Part shown: positions 55,998-64,000 of the stretch, in pieces
Numbering within the stretch: position 1 is the stretch's first letter
How the letters are laid out: each line of letters begins with the position of its first letter
NCBI RefSeq assembly: GCF_009914755.1
Contig: NC_060947.1
Source: the human T2T-CHM13v2.0 reference genome, Homo sapiens
Reading direction: 5' to 3' (one strand)
DNA length: 64,000 nucleotides
Made by a program: the position numbers and the translations under genes
The notes under the pieces: generated by a model
What the model was told of the DNA's origin: nothing
Seen by the model: only the letters and a program-made list of their open reading frames with translations
The model's database searches: none

Positions 55998-56246
55998 TAG
56001 CAGCTATAGAAAACTAATACTCATACCAGGAAAGAATAAAGAGTTGTACTATTCAAAATAGTAACCTGCATGGCCCCCCGTGTCTATTCACAGCTGTAGT
56101 GACTCACCTGTTTTTCTCTGCCACACACCTCCATTCTAAGTAATTGTAGTGAGCAATTCAGCAAAGTGTGGCAAAATAATTATATTCAACAATGACTGGC
56201 ACATATTAACCCTTCAGAACATTGCTTACTTCAATGATCTTGAGTG

Positions 56247-56430
56247 TTTAATATGTGCCAATCCTTACTCCAAGCACTTCTCATACAACAGTTAATTTTA
56301 TCTTCATAAGAACTTTTTAGGTCAATGATATTATCACTTCAATTTTACAGATTGGAAAACTGACATACAGGGAAGTTAAATAATGAGGCTCCAGAGCCAG
56401 CAATGGGCAAAGCCAGAATGTGACCGTATA
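56247..56430 (-). mobile_element. MIR
   Basis: attttacagattggaaaactga...gaagttaaataa. Confidence 0.6.
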
Positions 56431-57138
56431 AAGCCTCATTCCAGAATAGGAACAATAAACACCTTATTATACTACCCACTCTCAAAATCTGAAGGTGGCA
56501 TGTGACTATGATGTTGACTTTGGTCATAAGTATAATTTAATCGATATCTACTATCCCCTTCCTAAAAGTTGTGACAACCTTTATTCGTGCCCCAAAGCAG
56601 TGGAAGTGTCTTCCTGGGCTAATAGTTAAAACCAGCATGAGAGGATGTGGATGCAGAGTTAAATGGAGCACCTAAGATGACTTAGTGAGAAAAGGGTGGA
56701 CTTAGATACAAACCAGTCTTCGGTTTTTATGTTCAGTTTTCTTCCCACTCCAATGCTGCTGAATCTGTAAGAAGATTCAGTGGAACATTTTTCTATGCCT
56801 GTCAATTCATTCATGCAACAAGGATTCCTGGATGCTGACTGCTTGGTGTAGAGCAGCTGATTGGAATTCCATGACAACTGTATAGACTGTTCACACCATT
56901 GCAAAAAACTATATTATTTGGATAAATGCTTCGATTGTTTGAATCAGCAGGTGACAAGAGATTCTTACACAAATAGATGTTTAGACTACCTCCTAGTTAA
57001 GGGAAACTTCTTGCAATTCTCAGGGCTGGGTACATTTTCCAAAGCCCAGTGTGAGAATTCTCCCTGAGAATTATAAACAATTCAAATTGTCTTATACAAT
57101 TTGCAATAAAATTTGGTTGTTTTGCCAGACCGAAGTAT

Positions 57139-57143
<5 letters not shown>

Positions 57144-57177
<34 letters not shown>
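57144..57177 (+). repeat. (TG)17 microsatellite
   Basis: Perfect run. Confidence 0.95.
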
Positions 57178-57179
<2 letters not shown>

Positions 57180-57204
57180 CGTTACATTATCTGGAAGTTC
57201 CTTG

Positions 57205-57400
57205 TTTTAAGAGCTTTGTACACATTATCTAACTCGTTAGCACAACTCTGTCGGGTTGGTATTATTTTTTTCCACTTTATAGCTAAGAAAATCAAAGCCC
57301 AGGGAACTTAAGCAAGTAAAATAAAGTCACCTATCTATTAAGTGCCTGAATAGGAAAGGAAGCTCAAAATTTAATAACTCCAAACCCTATATCTCAATTA
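57205..57400 (-). mobile_element. MIR
   Basis: cacaactctg...ggtattatt...ccactttatagctaagaaaatcaaagcccag...aaagtcac. Confidence 0.55.
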
Positions 57401-57571
57401 CTATATGAAAAAAAGTACAGAATGCGTGTTGAACTTTGTTTTGTATCAAAATTCAGTATTTAGCATTTCTTTTGCTAATAAAGTAAAAAGGTAATGTTTC
57501 ATTTTAAAATTTACACAGCAAATGAATGTGTGTGTAATCACTTCAAATAGAATTGATTTTTTTTAATAGAG

Positions 57572-57970
57572 TTTTTTTTTTTAATTATACTTTAAGTTTT
57601 AGGGTACATGTGCACATTGTGCAGGTGAGTTACATATGTATACATGTGCCATGCTGGTGCGCTGCACCCACTAACTCGTCATCTAGCATTAGGTATATCT
57701 CCCGATGCTATCCCTCCCCCCTCCCCCCACCCCACAACAGTCCCCAGAGTGTGATATTCCCCTTCCTGTGTCCATGTGATCTCATTGTTCAATTCCCACC
57801 TATGAGTGAGAATACGCGGTGTTTGGTTTTTTGTTCTTGTGATAGTTTACTGAGAATGATGATTTCCAATTTCATCCATGTCCCTACAAAGGACATGAAC
57901 TCATCATTTTTTATGGCTGCATAGTATTCCATGGTGTATATGTGCCACATTTTCTTAATCCAGTCTATCA
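57572..57970 (-). mobile_element. Young L1 (L1PA2-type) 3' 400 bp
   Basis: gcacattgtgcagg, cactaactcgtcatc (GAG rather than L1HS ACA/ACG), attatactttaag; close to consensus. Confidence 0.93.
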
Positions 57971-58773
57971 AACTCAATGTGTCATGTAGTGTTTTTGCTT
58001 TTATTTACAGCATTTTTGGGGCATACTTCATTTTTCTTGTCTTGTTATTTTGATGCACGATTGAATTAAGAGAAAGAAGGTAGTAAATATCTGCTGACCA
58101 TTAATGTTCTTTTATTTACATCTAGTAAAATGTAGTGGGGAAATTTCAGGCTCTGTAAAAAGAAATTACTTGTGTTTTGGTCTTACCTCTCTTATATAAT
58201 TTTTTCATTTTATCCACTTCCAACAGACAGCAGTCAACCACATGACACAATTAGATTATGAGGTGGTATATTCATCTCGTACAAACCCTATGCCTATATC
58301 AACTCAATGTTTCAGTATTGTTCCACTGGAGTGATTTTTGAGCCAATTATCTTAAAGAAGTTGCATGCTTAGAATATCTTATTTTACACTACACTGTCTA
58401 AATAACTTTTCTGTCTGTCTCTCTTTCTTTTTTTTGGTCTGTGTTTGTCAGTTGTCTTTTTGTTAAAAGTGACAAAAAGCAAACTTAAACCAGCTTGAGC
58501 AAAAATGGAAGCAAATTGACTTCAGCTTCTTTAGGTTTGTCTCAGACATATCTAGATAGAAGACTTCAAACAGTATGGCCAATGCTGACTCTCTTCATCC
58601 CTCAGCTCTGTGTACTTTCCTAGTTTGTTTCATTATGCACAAGGAGTTTCTCATTGTAATGGCCACATGGAGGCGTTGTTCACATCGCTGATGGGAAGAA
58701 AAAATAAAGCATCTTCCATTTTTTCCTCTCTATAACATCCACAGAAGAATTCCAGCCCTAATTTGATTTAGCA

Positions 58774-58840
58774 CAGTGGTTTTCAAAGTGTGGTCCCTCA
58801 ACTAGCAGCATCAAGATCACCTGGGAGTGTGTTTGCAATA
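58774..58840. mobile_element. MER5A fragment
   Basis: cagtggttttcaaagtgtggtccc...agcagcatc...atcacctgggag. Confidence 0.7.
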
Positions 58841-59369
58841 TTGTGATTTATAATGTACCCAATAATTCTCTATACTTTCCAAAGTATTTGACACCATGTT
58901 TAAGATTTAGTGGCCATTTTCTGTATAAGACTTTGTGTGGACAATGATTCATTTGACAGTTGTGCAGAAGTCTGGCTCCAGTGGGGAGAATGCATCCTAA
59001 TTAAAATGTTTGATAAAAGATGGATTTATGTATGGTGTTAAAAAAAGAAAATTTGGACACTTCACTTCAGAAATGGTTTAGCTTTGTTCTTGCACATTCC
59101 TGAATTAATTTCTTTGCTAATTAAATGAGAGATTATGGTTTTCTATCCATGTCACTGTGCATCAATTTTTAAAGCTATGAACACATCTGCTCTGTTAATA
59201 TACTTTTAAATGTGGAAATGAAGACAAATGGGCAATTTTGCATAAAAGTTGTTATCTTGGTAGGAGTGGACTTGATGTATGTCAGACAGACAGTCTGCTG
59301 CCAATTTTTCTTGCCTACATGGGGAAAAGGAAAAGGCAGACTTTTCAGGCCAAATCTGCCCTGAGTAAC

Positions 59370-59516
59370 TGCCTTAGTCCGTTTTGTGTTGCTATAAAGG
59401 AATACTTGAGGCTGGGTAATTTTATTAAAAAACAAGGTTGTATTTGGCTCATGATTCTGATGGCTGGAAAGTTCAAGGCTGAGCATCTGCTTAGAGATCA
59501 CATAGGAGAGAGAAAG

Positions 59517-59563
<47 letters not shown>

Positions 59564-59758
59564 TGGGGCGGTACCAGGTCCTTTTTAACAACCAGCACTT
59601 GCAGGAACTAATAAAGAATTTACTCACACCCTCTGAGGTATTAATCTATTCACCAGGGATCCACCTCCATGACTCCACACCTCCCATTCCACCCTACTTC
59701 TGACATTAGGGATTACATTTCAACATGTTTGGAGAGGACAAACATGCAAACCCCAGCA
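59370..59758 (-). mobile_element. MSTB-type LTR with internal (GA)n
   Basis: tgccttagtccgttttgtgttgctataaaggaatac...caacatgtttggagaggacaaac; TSD gtaac/gcaac. Confidence 0.88.
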
Positions 59759-60409
59759 GCAACCTTGTCAAGTGAGTTTGTTTTGGTATCTTTCCATCTC
59801 TTTCACACCTCTTCAGATTCCACAGGTGCAGCCTCTTCCTCATTCTTCCCTTACTGTTATTAGATTCTCGACAATGTCTGGTCATTGGCAGCTGGGGAAA
59901 GAATATGGAACAATAAAAAGGAGCAGACTTTGAAGTTATATACATACAGAGTCCAACCTCTGAGTCTAATAGTCCTTGACTATGTGACCTTGGGCAATGT
60001 ACTTCAACTGGGGTTTTTAACGTGACTGAGGACAGAAGCAAAGGGGGATGGAGTTGTCTTAATGTGGCTTTAAGGTTCTCCATGTTTAAAATTAGCTGTA
60101 GAAAGAGATAGCATTCAGTGCCTCCTCAGGGTACTCAATATGTCTTCTCTAATCACTGAGCTTAGATTGTCTCACCCAGGTCTCTCCCAGAGAACTTCAT
60201 GGATCCCACGTTTGTTTCCCTAATATAAAGAATCATCTCCCTTATTCTGAGCAATATAGCAGCATAGGAGGAAGATGGAGATATGGGGAAATTTGACTGG
60301 TTACTGGCCATGTCCTGAGTTTCACCTTAACCTTTGGGTTTCATTTTCTTTATGCAAACTGCGTGTCCCTCAAGGCTAATGGTAGCATCTTCTTGAAAAT
60401 ACTACTCCA

Positions 60410-60687
60410 TCAGTACTCTGAGAGGCCAAGGCAGGAGGTTCACTGGAGGCCAGGAGTTCAAGACCAGCCTGGGCAACATAGCAAGATACAATCTCTACAA
60501 AAAATTAAAAAACTATCAGGTGCAGTAGCATATGCCTGTAGTCCCAGCTACTCAGGAGCCTGAGGTGGGAGGATTGCTTGAGCCCAGGAGTTCAAGGCTC
60601 CAGTGAGCTATGATTGCACCATTGCATTCTAGCCTGGGCAACATAGTGAGACCTCATCTCAAAAAAACTTAAAAAGAAATAAAAAAA
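60410..60687 (+). mobile_element. AluJ, 5'-truncated
   Basis: TSD gaaaa(t/c)actactcca; J-type ttgagcccaggagttcaaggct. Confidence 0.92.
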
Positions 60688-61568
60688 GAAAACACTACTC
60701 CAAGTGCAGGACAAATCTATTTCCCTTGATTCTTCTTAGTTCAGTTGGAAACAGCCGAAATTTCCCCAAAGGATTTTGACTTTCTAAGGGAACATCAAAT
60801 GTAAATTTAAGTTCTGCAATGTGAAAACATACTCACTGATTTTTTTTGCCTTTTTTCTCACCCACTTCTCATACAATGTGCTGTTAGGTGACATTCAGTT
60901 TGGCTCAAGGAAGAGCATTAATAATGTTACCTCAAGGAAATAAAAACTTACAAGAAGTTAACATATTTAAAACATCTTCATGAACAGATTTGGATATTCA
61001 CCAGCTAAAGAATCATCTTAAATCCTTTTGGAAATAGATGGAGTACAGAAGATAAATAGATTCTCTAAAAATAAATCAGGTATTAATTTTAGCTGAAGTA
61101 TTATTGTAAAAAGGGTTGCTCTGTGATACATGTATATATATTCTAGAACATGTTTATTCAGAATTAAGTCCCATTAAGTCCTAAAAATAATTGTAGAGTG
61201 GCTGAAAGCCAGATTGTTAAATTATCTCAGATGCAGGTTTATTAAGAACAATTCATCTTCATGCTTCAGTATGTAGGTTGTAACTGTTAAGCAAAGCTTC
61301 CTGGAGCTCATGGAATATATAAAGGAATACATTGACTTTGATGAAATGCTTCCTATTCTGTTGAATAAAGAGGGAAGAGAAAAACCTGCCATTGGTGTGA
61401 GTTAATCCTACCTTGTTATTTGAACTGCTCTCCAAGGCCTATCCACATCTTCCCTCTCGTATGCCTGCTGACTTGGCCCTACCATTCATTGCCTTGCTTT
61501 TAATTTCCAACAGCAGGCTGTCTTCCAGGTTGGATATTATTCCTGAGGATGGCCCAGGAGGAGAAGAG

Positions 61569-62018
61569 TGCAGGAAAGTTCTCTCAGTGGCCTTGGGCCA
61601 ACCTGGTTCTCCCCACTTTCTCACTTGTACTTTTCAACAAGAATAACTGTAAGATGTGTTAGGAATGCAACAGGAACTGACTAGAACAGCCTGGACTCTG
61701 TTCCAGTTCCCTGTAGAAACAGGACCTCCTTGACCACTTTAACCCAGTGGCTCCTGTACCCCAGGGTATAAAACCCAGGGTGGGCTGCATTCTTGGGTCC
61801 CTCACATGTAGTGCAAATTAGGGCACATGCAGAAGAGACTGCATCCACCCTGAGCAGCTTTCCTGAGCCATAGGGGACCAACTGCCCCTAAGACCTAGGC
61901 TTCTGTTGTCCTTTGCTATCTGCAAGTAGCAAACCTGATCCATGTGACTTAGGTGTGTGGGAGTTCTGTCTTCCCAGACTTAGATAAGTTAGTAACCAGT
62001 GCACAGTGAGCCTGTGCT
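61569..62018 (+). mobile_element. LTR47-like ERVL solo LTR
   Basis: gggtataaaacccaggg (TATA box)...gcagctttcctgagcc...taaccagtgcacagtgagcctg. Confidence 0.8.
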
Positions 62019-62157
62019 TTTGGGTGACTTGGGGAGGGAAGCACTCTCAACAGCCTCTTCTTATTAGTTCCTTCTCCTCACTGCTCACTCCTGTTCATGA
62101 GACTGGCTCTTCATCACCTGAGGAACTCTTGCCTTCAGAGAATGACAGAAGAAAAGC

Positions 62158-62521
62158 TGTCTTATTCCATTTGTGCTGTTATAATGAAATACCAGAGACT
62201 GGGTAACTTAGGAAGAATAGACATTTATTTCTCCCAGTTCTGGAGGCTGAAACTCCAAGATCAAGGTGTCAGCAGGTTTGGTGTCAGGCAAAAGCTGTTC
62301 TAGTTTCTGAGATGGAGCCTTGTTGACACATCTTCTGGGGTGGTGAGTGCTGTGTCTTCATCAGGTGGGAAGTAGAAGTTTAAAAGGGGTGAACTCTCTC
62401 TGAAGCCTCTCTTAGAAGGGAATGAACCCATTTATGAGAGCAGAGTCATCATGACTTAATTGCTTCTCCAAAGACTGTACCTCTTCATACCACCACTATG
62501 GGGATTGAGTTTCAACACATA
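62158..62521 (-). mobile_element. MLT1A0/MSTC-like LTR, end missing
   Basis: tgtcttattccatttgtgctg...cagttctggaggctg...tttcaacacata. Confidence 0.85.
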
Positions 62522-62753
62522 CACCCAGGCTCACTGCAACCTCTGCCTCTCAGGTTCAAGTGATTCTCCTGCCTCAGCCTCCCGAATAGCTGGGATTACA
62601 GTCATGCACCACCATGCCCAGCTGCTTTTTTGTATTTTTAGTAGAGGTTTCACCATGTTGGCCAGGCTACTCTTGAACTCCTGACCTCAGGTGATCCACC
62701 TGCCTCGGCCTCCCAGACTGTTGGGATTACAGGCGTGAGCCACCGCGCCGGCC
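62522..62753 (-). mobile_element. AluS lacking its tail and 3' end
   Basis: cacccaggctcactgcaacc...caccgcgccggcc. Confidence 0.9.
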
Positions 62754-62764
62754 TGATTCTATTT

Positions 62765-62910
62765 TCAAATGATAATATTTGGGGAATATTGGGTGAATAA
62801 AATATATTCTTAAAATTATTTTTACTGGTAATTTTTACTTTTTAAATGTGGCTTCTAGAAGACATTATATACTGTGTGTCTTGTGTTACATTTCTATTTG
62901 GCAGTATTGC
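62765..62910. mobile_element. MER3/MER33-like hAT fragment
   Basis: atattgggtgaataaaatatatt...aaatgtggcttctagaa...atttctatttggcagt. Confidence 0.6.
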
Positions 62911-62974
62911 TTGACAGTTATCTCTGGCCTCTGTGTCAAATGTATACTTCACTCCAGTTACAGTAAGCTTCATA

Positions 62975-63130
62975 TTTATTAAGCAGTCACTCCCCATTCC
63001 CCTCTCCAGCCCCTGACCACCACCAGTCTGCTTTCTGTCTCTGTGGATTTGCCTTTTCTGACAACAATATGTGGTGTTTTGTGTCTGGCTTGTTTCACTT
63101 AGCATCATATTTTCAAGATACACCCTGTTT
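62975..63130 (-). mobile_element. L1MB-like fragment
   Basis: aagcagtcactccccattccc...ctttctgtctctgtggatttgcc...tttcacttagcat. Confidence 0.7.
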
Positions 63131-63255
63131 TATAGGTGAATATAAGGCCAAATCAACATCTGCTTCCATTTTTAGAATCCTGCATGATATTTAGAATGTA
63201 CTTTCATGCTGAGTCATGTCTTGATATTACAGTTTTTACCTATTTTTTTCCTTGA

Positions 63256-63552
<297 letters not shown>

Positions 63553-63756
63553 GTTTGATCATTTTCTTAAGCTTAATTTGAACTTACATTTTTATTATGT
63601 GATCATGTATGTGTGACAATATTGTAAGCCTTTAAGAAATTATTGTGAAAATCTGCAAAATAAGATGTTAAGCAAAGTGAGTACTCTATTTTACTACTAT
63701 TGGGAGTGAAATTTTTTACACTTTTCAGTTTATTATGATTTTATCTTCTACTAAGC

Positions 63757-63920
63757 CAGAGTTTCTCAACTGTGGCACTATTGAGATTTAGAGCTGGGTA
63801 ATTCTTTGTCATGGGGCTGTCCTGTGCATTGAAAACTTTAATATCATCCCTGACCTCCGTCTACTAGATTTCAGTAGCACATCATAGACTTACAATCTCA
63901 GGTAATCAAAAATGTTTCCA
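63757..63920. mobile_element. MER20 fragment
   Basis: tttctcaactgtggcactattg...ggggctgtcctgtgcattg...aaaaatgtttcca. Confidence 0.8.
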
Positions 63921-64000
63921 AGGGGCTGAGAACAGAGGGTAGAATTAGGGAGATGTTGGTCAAAGGATACAAAATTTCACTTAGGAGGAATAAACTCAAT
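63921..64000 (+). mobile_element. L1MA-like 3' fragment (runs off window)
   Basis: gggagatgttggtcaaaggatacaaaatttca...gaggaataa. Confidence 0.65.

Larger units (their letters stand above)
55127..56021 (+). mobile_element. MLT1D-like LTR with a tandemly amplified 5' end and a MADE1 insertion
   Basis: agaacctgtgaatatgtgacc...ggagcctccagaaggaagcagccctgctgacacc...gaaaactaatac. Confidence 0.88.

Noticed and set aside
49375-62018. Two opposed LTR47-like LTRs as a provirus or inverted duplication
   Set aside because: Opposite orientation, strongly diverged, and no internal gag/pol sequence between them

Overview
AT-rich, repeat-dense vertebrate DNA from a great ape, probably human: it carries AluJ/S elements and an L1PA2-type 3' end. 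I see no protein-coding exon, CpG island, tRNA or rRNA. The ORFs I could assign come from Alu, L1 or LTR fragments or from microsatellite read-through, and none of the rest resembles a known protein. The window is a mosaic of Alus, 5'-truncated L1s, solo LTRs (MaLR, ERVL, ERV1), DNA transposons (MADE1, MER20, Tigger2a) and simple repeats. Abundant GATA tracts and tandemly amplified MLT1 LTRs suggest distal Xp22.3 or its Y homologue (inference only). The best non-routine signals are: (1) a retroposed C/D-box snoRNA with a poly(A) tail, a target-site duplication (TSD) and an 18S rRNA antisense element, split by an Alu (16400-16891, minus); (2) two independent 120-145 bp inverted copies of nearby DNA inserted into repeats (8191-8334 from 6779-6922; 28373-28495 from 28787-28903); (3) two tandem arrays built from MLT1 LTRs; (4) a MADE1 hairpin with a perfect 24-bp stem; (5) a micro-L1 insertion with a 5' inversion. 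Subfamily names come from recalled consensus sequences and need RepeatMasker/Dfam confirmation.
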